The translations under genes were made by a program, and so were the position numbers. DNA of 61,641 nucleotides, the filler included, from Sphacelaria rigidula (Eukaryota): the NCBI GenBank assembly GCA_964200075.2. It is 10 parts of 10 records of this genome, joined end to end, with 100 filler letters (N's around TTAATTAATTAA, not from the genome) between each part and the next. Parts side by side here need not be neighbours in the genome. Positions count along the whole stretch, not along the records: positions 24,699 to 30,772 come from CAXNAA020022412.1; positions 30,873 to 36,946 come from CAXNAA020022413.1; positions 37,047 to 43,120 come from CAXNAA020022414.1; 7 more parts are not named here. One strand, given 5' to 3'. Positions 24,796 through 37,648 of the stretch are shown one piece after another (the stretch's first letter is position 1; every line of letters begins with the position of its first letter). The notes beneath the pieces were generated by a model. The model was given only the letters and a program-made list of their open reading frames with translations. It was not told where the DNA came from and did not search any database.

Positions 24796-27700
24796 GTGGC
24801 TCTTAGTTTTGGGGTACTCGATGCACTGGACGCGGACATTCTGGGTTCTGAATCGGTGTTCGAACTTGATGTGCTGAACGGCTGCGGCGATGCCTTGGTG
24901 ATCACCCTGGAGTGGGACACCGACTACACCGACCTCGATTTATACGTCATCGAGCCTAGCGGGTTCAGAGCGCGTTTCGGCGGGGTGAGTGCCTCCTTCA
25001 CATATCGCATGTTTCTGTCTGCATATCTTGAATCCTCGAACCCATGACATCGCACTATGGTAGCGCTCGAAGGCTGTTGGCAATAGACCGCCAATTGGTG
25101 TAGTATTATTCTCATAACACTATGCATCTTGTCGGTTAGGCATCATGATGGATAAAGATGCTCACCTCGGGAGCGTATCTTAACCAGTGCATTCCTCCTT
25201 CGGACAGGGACCTCCTCCCACACGTGAGTGATCCATGCCGCTTGTTTCCTTTGCAATCGTCCCTTCCATAGACGTTTCACTGAGGGATGTCCCCTGGTGT
25301 TTGCGTACGCATCTTCCATCACTGTGTTCGTGTTGCGTATTTCATGCCTCAGCCTTCTCCCACACGGTTGGCCAAAGGGATGGCCTGGGGCTGATATTAG
25401 CTGCACTGTCCGGCGCGTTGGTGGGGTTATCAACGTGTACTCAAGATGTTGGCACCTCGCGAGCACGCTGACCGTTCTCGCGACAACGTCCTCGTGCATT
25501 GTGTACGCGTTTTAAACCTCGCCAATACGCACGGCGTTGCAATACCCGCCTCGACGTGCCCTCTAGCAACATGTGCACCTAAACCGCTGCGGCTGCAGGG
25601 CGTCAGCGCAAGCGAGATGCAGTTTCGTCGGATCCAAAGCAGCTGAGTCCTGCGAGGGTCCCTCGAGACATGCAGATTGGCCCTTTCTAGTCTATAGTGG
25701 CGTGTGTATGTCGTTGCGTCGTATCTGCCTAGGGTTGAAGGGTTCCATCCACAGGCGTGTACGCTCGATCCGTACCAAGCGATTACAAGCGCCAGGCAGT
25801 CGGGGAAAACATCGTCAGGTTCAGAGTTGATCGTTTTGTTCACTCTACTGCTCCCATGTTGTTACAACAGATCACTCACAGTTCGGACGAAACAAACCAT
25901 GGGTCAATCTATATTCAACGTTTTCACGAATCACTCACGCGATGTGGGCACAATTTGTTATTCGTGCGTGTGTTTCGGGGTCGTGACTCGTGCGACACTG
26001 CTAGGAGTGTACACATTCCCAGTTTGTGATGAGTGCGGTACGCCGTCGGATGTACATGTTCCCTCCCTGCAATGTTAACGATATGGATCATGGGTACCTC
26101 CTTTCCAATTCCCATTCGTGAAAAATGAATCGTAGGTCTGTGATTTTACGGTAGGGTTGCACTAAGGAGTCCAAACGTTTTCTGATGCTGCACACTAGGG
26201 CGCAGATATTTATCATCAAGAGTCCCTAAAGTGCAGGGCCTCAGCTAGAAAATGTACACCCCTGCCATAGAACCACTCGGGTACATCCTTCTCTATTTCC
26301 ATTTATGCCGCACGAATCATGAGCGAATGTTCTCCCAACTTCCATCTATAGGCCATGAATCACGGGGTGAATGTCTTCCCCTTTCATCCATGCAACGTGA
26401 GTCATTGGTACATGTTCTCCGCCATCCATTCATACGAGATGAATCAAGCGAACGAATTTTTCAATTTCCGTTCGAGGGATTGTACAGGGGGGATGTACTT
26501 TCATGTCCAAACGTTTAACACGGCTGCACAGCAAGGACCAAATGTTCGTTAGCGAGAGAGCACGACAGTGCAGAGACATGACGGAAAATTGTCCCTCCCC
26601 CCCCCCACCGTAGAACCGCTCATTCATGCAGCATGAATCATGCGTACATGTCCTCCACCGTCCAATTGTACAAAGTGAATCAAGCGTATCTCATTTTCCA
26701 TTTTCCATTTTCATTAATGCAGCATGAAAAATACCGGCTCGGACGAATCTGAGCCCGTACGGGTTGACTCCCCATGGCTATTGAGAGCGAATCATGTACC
26801 AAAGCATCATCTCGTGAGAATCACGGATGGCGGAGGTTTACGCTCAAGATCGTACCGCACGAATCTCGAACTGGGAACGTGTATACTCCGAGTAGTGTCA
26901 CACAAGTCAAAAGCGCAAATTATGTACGAATCACAATTCCTCTATGAATAACTGATGGAAAGCATGTACCCTAGGTTCATGTCTCATGAATGTAAGGCGC
27001 AGAAGATGTAGGTATGCTTCATGCCGCGCTTCATGCCCGCATGGAAGGAAATTGGGAGCCTTGTTTTACTTGATTCACCTCGCATGAATGGAAGGTGAGG
27101 AACATACACCCGTGCAACATGTCTATGCCAAGTGTACCACAGAACAAAGCTTGAAACCGCAAAGGCTGGTCGAAAGCCCAGCTTGGAAAAGTAGCTGGAC
27201 GAACCGCTCTGGAAACGCTGGCGTGTGTTGTACTATAATTAAAGTGTCATGTGTTGATCGTGAGTACCAACTTTGAAATTGAATTTACCGCTGATTTGAC
27301 TCTGAAGGGGTGTGCGACCTGCACGATCTTATTTCTCTACCCCACCTGCAAAAAAGATGTGCCACCGAAAAGCCGCGCCCCATGAAAAGACAGGTGGGAA
27401 ACAACATATTCGCATGACTAATGTCACATTTATCCTTTCGGTACCCTCCCCTCCTGTCCCCGGGCAAAACGCCTTATATGAGAAGCCCTGACACCACGCA
27501 AGTGGAAGGGGGAAAACGTGTACCTTCGACGGGGTACCGCACGAATGACGAAGCTGAGAGAGCGTACACTCCAAGTAGTCTCACGAATCAAGACCCCCCA
27601 AAGTGTTCAAATTACAACTTTTGCACGCCCTGGACAACCGGTTATATTCTCAAAGCACGTGCTGGATACAGTATGTAATCTATTATTTGTTGCAATAGAT

Positions 27701-29514
27701 GTAATATTTATACCAGTCGTACGCCTTGAGAAAAAGAAAAACTCGATTAATTCGGATCAGAATTCGACCTCTTTTCACGCAGTACGCGGTGGTACAATGC
27801 TCAACCCCATATTCCACCATTATGAGGTGGTTGCCTGTAGTCTACATGACATGCGCCCGAGGTTTCGGCGCGTTGAAGCACTGACAGTGCGTGCACGGCC
27901 GTGCCTCCTGAAGTAAGCACCTCTACAGGCGATACCAAGATGTGTTCCGCGCAGAATGTCATCATCCACATTGTGTCCCACATACATACCAATGTTTTTT
28001 GCCGGCGCAGAAGCCGCCCAGCTGGTCATGATGTGTAAGTGAGTGCACCCGCGTGTCAACATACTGTATGCATCCACAGAGATCTTACGCTATCCGGGCC
28101 GCGGGGGCTTCGTTGTGAGGGCGTATCGATAGCATTGTCCAAAAAAACGCATTCGCTTCGTACATCTTACGCACTCCCCAAGACGTGCCGTCGACTGGGG
28201 TAGTATGCTGTCTGTGTTGTGGTCTACTTTTGTGCCAAGTTTCGGGCCGGATCATTCAGACACGGTGGAGAAACCCACGAGCAAAGAAACATCATGAGCT
28301 GCTGTCACGCCGCATGTTACAAGCGCGGGGAGTTGTTGTGCTGCTGCCGTCTAGTAGGACGCCAACAACGGGAGGGTTCGCATGCGCGTTTTGAGTGTAG
28401 CCAGGCTCATGACCTGCGATAGAACGGTAAATCGGTGACTTTCATGTCCACCACAAACCCCTAGAATAATATAAACGTCTTCTGACTGTATACATGTGAT
28501 GTGTTTATCCTGGAGAATTCTCTAGAGAATTCTCTGACCAGGAGATGATATAGCAGGCACAACCTGCACGCATGACACAGTTTTTCAATAGTCCGAGGTG
28601 ATGCTTCCGCGATCATCCACTCATACAGCGAGAACAATAAACATCATTCACCTGGAACAAACGATCCGCACAGGGCGTCGGCAGCATGGGTGACGACGTC
28701 ACCGACGGCTTTGGACCTGAAAGCTATACCCTTCTCCGCAGTTCATCGGTGGGAGATGCTATGCTGGGAGATTACACGGCTTTCGTGAGGCCCTTCAATA
28801 CCTCAACCGAAACCGAATGGACATTGACGGCGACGATTAACGGCGAGGTGGTTTGGATTGAAGAAGGTTATTTTGAAGCACAGGCGCCCAAGTCTTTCTC
28901 CTCAATCATCAGCAGCACGTCCTCTGCAAGTGGTACCAGTGACAGTTACTCGTTTGACTTTCAGGTGAGTCGCTAGCCGAGGGTGGTAATCGAGCGTTCT
29001 TCGGGTGTTTAGCAGGAAGAGGAGAAGAAATCCCTGGTATTATCCGAGGCCGTCTGGATCGTGCCGTTTCCTCTTCAGTATGATTGAAAGGCTTGTGCGA
29101 TCGACGACTCAAACGGTGTCTGAAGAAGGCGGAAGTGTTGCCATACCGTGGGACCGCTTACAGCTGGAACCCAGTGCTTCCACCTCTACAAATATTTGAA
29201 TCCACCCAAAACCTTGCCCGTTGACACCTCAGGTGGATGATGGTGGCAGCTACTCTTTCGAGTTTCCGGAATTTGGCTCATCATCCAGCAGTGTCATTGA
29301 AGGCGGTAATGATGGAGATAGTCGAAGCTACTCGTTCGACTATTTCTTCGACCAAGTAGTAGATGATAACCCTTACGCGAGTTTGTTTTCCTCAAGCGAC
29401 ATCGCTAACTCTTCGTTCGTCGGATCCACGTCGGGGGTGTCAATAACCAGTTCCACCCCCCGGCAGTCAGAGCTCTTCGTCGTAACTCTCGAAGTCGAGG
29501 ATGTTAGTTGCTGA
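24796..29514 (+). CDS. 3' part of a spliced gene encoding a YfaP/DUF2135-like domain plus a Ser-rich tail; exons 24796-24984, 28674-28964, 29233-29514
   Basis: ALVITLEWDTDYTDLDLYVIEPSG|GVGSMGDDVTDGFGPESYTL...GDYTAFV matches YfaP L.WDTD.TDLDL.V..P.G and D.T.GYGPE. Splice sites are cag/gtgagt, all phase 0; stop at 29512-29514. Confidence 0.85.
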
Positions 29515-29789
29515 GCGGTTTCTCACCGAGGGAGTTTGAGCAATCTTTGAACAAACATTAGATAGTGATTGACGCAGCGGGGCGATTTATTTCGCCATGG
29601 AAATCCGATTCTTGCCAGTAACTGAACATTCATGGGATAGTGGTTGATGTAGCGGGGTGATGATTCTACCGTGTAGGCCGATTTTTGACGGTAATTGAAC
29701 GTGTCACTCGTACGGCTCCTCCAAGCGTGCGTTGTCATGACTATTACCTGAACCGTCAATGCGTGCTTGCGCTGTTTCGCTGGCTGTCT

Positions 29790-30690
29790 CGTACGTCCTA
29801 AGTAGCGGACCTGAAGGCGCTTACGGTTTGCCTGATGAAGATGATTTTCGGTACGTTTTGGTTATCGCGGATTATTTGTCCAGTTTCGTCTTGTTGGAGG
29901 CGGCCGAGGCTTGCATCGCCGAAGTTACGAATCAGCACTTGCTCCTTTGGGGCAAGACTTTGGGGGTGTTGCGTGTGTGGGTTAGTGATACCGCCGCGCA
30001 CTTCAAGAATTGAGTAATCGCGCAGCTGAGCGACGCGTTCAAGGTGCAACACCAACTTGCTGTTGCGTATACCCCTTGGTCGAATGGCGCTTGTGAACGC
30101 ATGGTGAAAAAGGTTCGTGCGTTGCGGTGCATTTTGTCGGAAAAAAGACGGCCGGTGTCTGAAAGGGTTGATGTTCTGCCAGCCGCTCGTTGAACACTTC
30201 TTTCGTGAATACTACCGTAACACTCCATATTGTGCGATGTTTGGGCGTGCGCCGAGTAATGCGTTTTCCGCGCTTGCTTCTGTCACTGGCGGCGAGTGAA
30301 ACGTCGATGTCATGGATGCGGATACGTCGCGTGGCAAGGTTCGAGGCGTTGTTGAAGAGCAAGTGCGGTTTTGTAACGAAGTACAAGCTGCTGTCGCGGT
30401 ATCCCGCGAAACCAAAGCAAGCTTGCTAAGGAAAAGGCTGTGTTACTTGAGTTTGCGGTTTGAGATTTCGTCTTGTATGCCCGTGTTTATTGGAAATATG
30501 TGATGCCCAAGTCGATGTCACATGGACAGGTCCGTTGCAAGTGGTCGGAGCCGATCACCCTCACATGTATTCGGTTCAAAACATTGTTTCTGGCGCCGTA
30601 CACTCGGCCCATGTCGCTCGTTTGCGTTTCTATGCTGACTCGCAATTACACATCACTGCGGGACTAAAATATGTATTTCGAGTCATCCTA
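29790..30690 (+). pseudogene. Ty3/Gypsy integrase remnant (rve core plus GPY/F region)
   Basis: FRYVLVIADYLSSFVLL...VWVSDTAAHFKN*...AYTPWSNGACERMVK (D-D-E core) and WTGPLQVV...AHVARLRFY; contains stops and frameshifts. Confidence 0.9.
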
Positions 30691-31911
30691 CAATAGGGGG
30701 AGGGGTCGAAAAAAGAGGCTCATAAGTGTGTCAGACATCCTTCCACACTTGCGTTACCCTTGTATTAGGTTCNNNNNNNNNNNNNNNNNNNNNNNNNNNN
30801 NNNNNNNNNNNNNNNNTTAATTAATTAANNNNNNNNNNNNNNNNNNNNNNNNNNNNNNNNNNNNNNNNNNNNAGGTTCTCAATTAAAAAGAAACGGCTCG
30901 GATGTCGCAAGCGCGTTGCACTATAGTAGTAGTGTTCGACCGCCTCACCGCGAAATCCGTTCTCAATACAGCCACGGCGGAGGTGGTCATACAAGGCGTG
31001 ATCGCTGGTTGAGACTGGGTGAAGCACCTCGCATGGGCACTACTGGCGAAACAACCCTAAGCGTGGGACTAACCCTTACCCCCGTCGTGTGTGCCTGCAG
31101 CTTTATTATGAGGCATCCATTTTATCGACTGTACTGTAGTGATGCTGTACTGTGGTGATGGTATATCTCAGCAGACTGCTGAGTGATGCTGCGTTTCAAA
31201 GATCGCTGGCGTCTGTCCCCGCATTGGATCGCTTCGCTGACGGCGGTCGTCGCCGGCGCAACAGTAAGAAGTCTCTCTTAAGATACTCAACAAGAGGCGC
31301 TCGAAAAGTCGATGACTATTTCAAATAAGTATGTTGTCAGCATGCTTTGTTACGTGTTGCTTGGACCCAGGGGTTGCTCGAAAGATGTAGGACAACGAAT
31401 GGCGGCGGTGTTTTTGTATGACTGCTCATCACCACGCTTTCGCTTCCGGGCAGAAACTTCTGGGTTAGGGGCACATGGTCGCAACCGGTTGCGAATCCCA
31501 AGCATTTTAAACAAAACGAATGAAATTTCGATGGTCCGTTGAACCTCAATAAAAAGCCGAATCCTCCAAAACGAATCCAGGCTGTTTATAGTTCTGCGTT
31601 CGACGGTGATATGACAGTATTCGCTGCCAATCCAATTCAGTCACCATCTTGTCCATTTGCTTAGTCGGCAGGCCCCGTACCCATAGGCTAACCTCTGCAT
31701 TGAATTTATTATAACGCTTTGGATTTTACTACATAAATCGTGGTCATTTTTTGCGTCAAGAACAGCAAAAAAACCGAAACAGCTGTGATTTGGTGCCGAT
31801 ATTTTGGGAAGATATCTCTTGATATACCAGGAGTTCAGCAACGACCCAAAGCCTAAATCAGCTATTGCACATCGCGACGGGATCTGGCATATATTTCCTC
31901 CACTTTGCCAC

Positions 31912-32185
31912 AGGGGCAAGTTCTATGCGTTTACTTTCTCCTCCACTTGACTACTGGTGTATCTCTTTTCTTCTTTCTGGCAGGTCGACCCCGAAATTGC
32001 ACTTTCGACTTTATCGCGGAGTCCATTGGGCCATGCAGATACATTTCGATTCCGATCTCCTCTCTAAACCAGCCGTATATTTTCAAGTGCTCTTCCTTGT
32101 CTACTTTCCGTCTTGCCGCTTCTTTCCCGCTTATTTTCATCGTGTCTCCAAGTTTTGACGTGTACCCTCCCGGATTCACCCATTG
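31912..32185 (-). mobile_element. LINE ORF2 fragment, same family as 17611-18179
   Basis: EEHLKIYGWFREEIGIEMYLHGPMDSAIKSKVQFR. Confidence 0.8.
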
Positions 32186-32650
32186 GGAGTTTGGCGTGCT
32201 AACTCATAAAATAGATGGAGAATAAAGAGCACAAGACGTGTCCCGGTTCTTTCCGATGTAGAGTTCAAGCTAGCCCGTCAGGAGTGGAGGACTTGTCCAG
32301 TCGGTCGTAAGAGAATCGAAGAAGCGCAGAATGCCTCCTTTCCATCTGTGCTCCGTAGGCTCTTTTGAGTCAACGTAGGTTTTTCGCCCGAAAGAGTGTG
32401 CTGGGGATTACATTTGTCGAATCGGCACCATCTTTTTCCAGGTGAACGCTATTCCGATTCCAGATATTCATATCCAAGGGGGAAAAGGTGCTAAGTGGTG
32501 CGGCTTGTGGAGTTTGCAATAACACAAAATTATGCCAGTGTTCTGTAGTTTATTTTTCGAGGACGCTACACCCCACTCTTTCGACATAGACTCAGAAGAC
32601 ACCGGTGCGCGGTGTGCCGTGATGTAAGTCTGCCCGATCTGTGCAACCGC

Positions 32651-33049
32651 TGTTCAATATAGTTGATCTACAAATAGCAGCCAGAGGCATGAGTGGGGAA
32701 ATTGCAGGGTTTTCGATTATTCTGGCAAAGTTGCTGAGAAAGTTTCTTGTGATGGGAGAAAGGCAAATTGTTCCGAGTTCCAATATTTTGGGAACTGTAT
32801 CGCGAATTTCGCGCCGCAGCAGGCTTTGGATCATAGGCCGTCGTGACAGGGTAGTGCTCTACGCCCTACTCCCTCACTCGTCTTCCTCACTTCTCTTCAC
32901 CCAGTCTCCTACGTGTAAGTAGCAATGAGGAAGGCTTGCGACTCATCGTCATCTTCCCAGTTATCGCAAGCGGGTAGTGATCTGTTTGAGCACACGGCAA
33001 GGGACTGTTGTTGCTACAAGGTCATCTGATCAACACGGTCATTCGAATA
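32651..33049 (+). repeat. 5' LTR of the Copia element
   Basis: TGTTCAATA...TTCGAATA, colinear with 35774-36173. Confidence 0.9.
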
Positions 33050-35773
33050 CGTTGAGGTTTTATTTATAGTTCGAACTTGAATCGTTGCTCTGGGATGGCG
33101 GATCAAGACAGTACAGTGGAAGAGTTGAGGGCGATGCTCGAGGTGCAGACGAGGACCGCTGTAAAAAAGCTGTCACGCGTCGAGTCTGCCCAGGAAAGCA
33201 GAGACGGACGAATTGAGAGGGGCGTCAGTGGAGATCAACCATTCCATCTCGATGGTGCAACGGGCGCGGAGCGGGCAGGATCTGCTTCCGGTCGTGGAGG
33301 TGGAGTCACCACCGATAGCCTACTGCTAGCTGTTGGTGGGGTTGGGATTGCAGGAGGAAGTACTTTTGCAACGAATTATAGGGGAGTAAGCAGCGTTAAA
33401 ACTGTCGTTCCCAAGTTGAGAGGAAGAAGTGTTGATTTGCCTTTACGGGAAAGACAATTTGAGGGTTTTGCTTTGTCCATCGATTGTATGCAGCCCTTCA
33501 GTATGACTACTGATATGCCCGTAGGTGACCCCTCAGTCAAAAGTTGTTGGTTGACCAGGGTTTTCGTGAGATAAGCATAAAAAGAGCACGTATTGCTTGG
33601 ACGTGTTCGACAGAGAGTATCATGGACCGTGAATTACTAAGGTTTGAGAAGGTCGCATACGTACCTGACTTAGCTTTTCACCTTTTCTCACTGGTGGCTG
33701 CGTACACACCGAACGTAGGCTTCTCGACCAATAACTCCGAAAAGAGTGTGACCCTGCTGGATGGGCGCCTTAGGGTTTGGAGTGATGGATTCAGATAATC
33801 GACGCATGGCAGAAGGATTGATCTCGATGATGACTATATCTCCTCTCCCTTGTTGGTTCCCGAGCCTGTAAACACTTCAGTGCAATCCGACCACCCTGTT
33901 CCCCTGGAGTGCCCTGTAATAGCCCCCGGTGGTGCTGACTCACGCGAGAATACTGTAGGCATTGACCACCCCGCGATTCATTGCGGACGGTGACGCGGGA
34001 AAGTAAAGTGGTGGAGACAAAGGACGCAACCCGGGAAGCGCCGCCGGTCATGGTGGTGCCACCGCACAACTACAGCAGTCAACTTTGCCGAAGCTGGCAA
34101 GAGCGTCGGGGCTGGGAGGGACGTCAAAGCCGGGAGGGCTAGATGATGTCGATTCTGCTCCACCTACATCATGCCCGCTACTGGGGAGAGGAATACCCCC
34201 ATCAGCGATGAGTGACATTTCCGGTCAAGAGTGCAAGACCATGGTGGTTGGCATTCCAGAGGGGTGCAGCATTGTAGACGGCAAGTGTTTGTGTAAGTGG
34301 ACGGGTGATTCACATGGTATGGTTGACCGGGCGAAAGCCTGTATCTTAGCCGTGGTGTACAGTCAGGTAGAGGGAGCAGACTCGTTTGAGACATTTGTCC
34401 CTACGACATCTGCTACTCCGAACAGGTTAGTAGTGGCTATGACATGTAAGCTAGAGTGGGATTCAAGGCCTTTAGATGTAGACCAGGTCGGAGTTGGACA
34501 CTGACACCTACTTGCGCCTGCCCCATACGGTTGTGGGTCAATATCTGGTAAGGTAGTGCGTGTCAACGAGGCTTTGTACGGATTGGAGCAGAGTGGCTGT
34601 GCATGGTATCAACTATTGTCGTCAACCCTGGTGGAGTGTGGTTTCGAGCAATGCTTCGTAGATCCCTGTGCGTTTCGACTGAGGGTTGCTGAAGACGTTG
34701 TGGCGATGATGGTTTTTCATGTGAACGATATCATGATGACAACTACGGGAGAAGTGACTAGTTGTCGGTGCATTCAATCAGAGATTTACCACTGAACATC
34801 ACGCGGAGGTAGATTGGTTCATGGGGAATGAGTACAAAAGGGACCGGGAAAAGATACTCTGGAGATTTCATAAACCCAATTCATGAAGAGCGTGCTTAAT
34901 CATTTTGAAGTCTCGAAGACTAGCCCCACTTCCGCTACTCCTTCTTTGGACCTCAGGCATGCGAGCGAGGAGGAGACCGTGGTGGATGTGCATTTCCGTG
35001 AGGTCGTGTGGAGCTTGATGTGGATAGCGAACCAAACGAGGCCCGATATCGCGAATGCCGTTCGGGCAGTCGCTCGGTTCTCTCATGAATCGAATTTAGG
35101 TTTACTTCTCAAGAAAAGTAGCGACTTGTGATGTTTTCAGTTGGAGATTGATTTGGATACGTGCGTTGACGCAGACTCTGCGCATAAGGCAGAGGACCGA
35201 CGTTCCGTTTCCGGTGTAGCTATTTGCTGTGGAGGTACGCTAGTGTCTTGGTTCTCTAGGACGTATAAGTGCGTCCCCCCATCTACTACTACTTAGGCAG
35301 AGTGTGTGGAGATGGCATACGGCATTAAGGAGGCCCTGTATGTGAGCGGTATTTTGAAGCCCCTAGTGCACAGTTTGGGGATCGAAACGCGTTGGGGGTT
35401 TTGAGGTTTTTGAGGACAACAAGGGGGCGATAGACTTAGCTGAAAACCCCTTGAGCTCGTCCAACCGCAAACACCTTCACGTACGGTATCGTTCTCCCGG
35501 GGAGTTTGTTGCTAGTGGTGACATCCGTGAAGTATGTTAATCAAAATCACAGCATGCGGGTATTCTAACCAAAGCCGTTAGTAGAGGGAGTTTCGAACAA
35601 GCATCGTGATTTTTCTCTCAGGCAGAATGTAGAAGTCACCGTTATATTTTTTTGTTGAGGTGGACCTCATCGTTTGAGATGGGCCGACAATAGTAGGAAA
35701 TTCAAGCTCATATGGTATATTCAATAACAAAAAGGTCATGCTTAGGCTTGTTAGTAGATAAAGCTAGGGAGGG

Positions 35774-36173
35774 TGTTCAATATGATTGACCTACGAACAG
35801 AAGCCAGAATCATGAGCGGGGAAATAGGGGGTATCCGATTATTCTGGCAAAGTTGCTGAGAACCTTCCTTGTGATTAAAGAAAGCGGGAAAGTTGTTCCG
35901 AGTTCCTATATTTTGGGAATTGTGGATCTTGTGACGCAGTAGATTTCGGATCATAAGCCGTCGTGACAGGGTAGTGCTCTACGCCCTACTACTCCCTCGC
36001 TCGCCTCTGTCACCTCTCTTCACCAAATTTCGGACGTGTGGGTAGTAATAATAAAGACGTACAACGCATTGTCATCTTCTTCCCACACTGCAAGCGGGTA
36101 GTAATATGTTTGAGCACACAGCAAGGGGCTGTTGTTGCTGCAACGTCATCTGATCAACACGATGATTCGAATA
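35774..36173 (+). repeat. 3' LTR of the Copia element
   Basis: Preceded by a polypurine tract and followed by TSD ACCGC. Confidence 0.9.
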
Positions 36174-37648
36174 ACCGCGCGTTTCCCCTGCGCCTTGTAG
36201 CCGAATGATACCAAGCCGTAGGTTTCGGTCTAATCGCATGCATGATTGGAGCAGTGGCAGGGGACAGGGGATCCTGGATTGATGGCCCTTATCTGTGTGG
36301 CCCCTTGCTGCTGGCTCGTGATGTGGTCTGTTGAGGATCACTCCGTGATAATAACAAGTGAGAAGGATCTGTCGAACACGAGGCCAGTGATACTGGAGAA
36401 GTCCCTAATTGGAAGTCCTCTTGTCCAGATCGTCTGGCAGAGGCTACATGTGATATAGATGGGGGTAGACACAAGGTCCAACGCCTTCCTAGCTATGATC
36501 AGTGTGCTGCAGGCTTGAGTAGGTGCACGAACGCACCAGGTGTCCGAGTAAAGCAAGCTGCAAATGCACACGTGCAGGTTCACGTGACTGTTGGTCACAG
36601 TAGCAACAAACAAACGGAGCTCAAAAGGTTTGATATCTTTTCAACTCTCACTGATTATCCCCGTGATCGCCCAGCACACTGTTCCACCAGTGGTAAACAG
36701 TAGGAGCAGATGGTCCGGCTCGAAGAATAGCTCAAGAGTGAGCGAGGATGCATGGGTACATGCGACGCAACCTATCTGAATTCGGTCCGAGAAGGCGTTT
36801 GCCTCCTCGGGGCCAGGGCATGTCAGCCTGCACACTAATCTTCCCTAGAACGCAGCCTGTACATCAACCTTTCCCAGAACTTTGGAAGCATTCCCATGGC
36901 TGGATCGAGGGATCTGTGAGCCAACCTGCCCCAAAACTGTGTGAAGNNNNNNNNNNNNNNNNNNNNNNNNNNNNNNNNNNNNNNNNNNNNTTAATTAATT
37001 AANNNNNNNNNNNNNNNNNNNNNNNNNNNNNNNNNNNNNNNNNNNNGGCTTTGTAGGGATGCGAGGTCAATGGTCTTATGACTATAGCATGCATGATCAT
37101 GAGTACACCCTGAAGGGATGCGAGGTCAATAGTCTGACGACTATGGCATGCATGATCATGGGTACACCCCACACCACCTCCACCATCCCTCCTTCTCCCG
37201 CGCCCCCTTCTTTGCGCTCCAAAAGCGAAACTCATTTCGGTGTCATCGACCAGATCCACAGGGGAGACACGCAACGTAGCACAACTGCGAAAATGTCATC
37301 ATCGCCGATTTCGGCAATTGCCAACAAGTAACACTCGGTATTAACAAGAGGGGGGCAAGCTTGTGGTGATTGGAACAAGCGTCGACTAATCCGAAGCAAA
37401 TTACCCCGACCGAAACAACGTTGACACGTTGATCGAATTGAGTCCGTGATTGTCGCACATCAACTGGTCCGTGATGAATCATAATCCAGCCGTTTATCAC
37501 AATATAGACGTAGCAACGTACATGAGACAAAAAGGCATAAAATGCATAAACTATACGAATCTTTGCAGAAACACCGCGAGAAGAAATGGGAACCAAAAAG
37601 CACAGATATGTAACGAACAACTCGGGCAAGTGCCACTACAAAAATGTT

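Larger units (their letters stand above)
32651..36173 (+). mobile_element. Defective Ty1/Copia LTR retrotransposon with both LTRs and 5-bp TSD ACCGC
   Basis: LTRs at 32651-33049 and 35774-36173; TSD at 32646-32650 and 36174-36178; PPT AAAGCTAGGGAGGG. Coding remnants: gag-like start, KVAYVPDLAFHLFS, RT AKACILAVVYSQVEGADSFETFVP / ALYGLEQSGCAWY / FHVND, RNase H DAD...DRRSVSG and FEDNKGAIDLAENP. No integrase core seen. Confidence 0.93.

Noticed and set aside
26080..27100. CATG-rich intronic segment as a defined transposon
   Set aside because: It looks repeat-derived, but I could not fix TIRs or a TSD.
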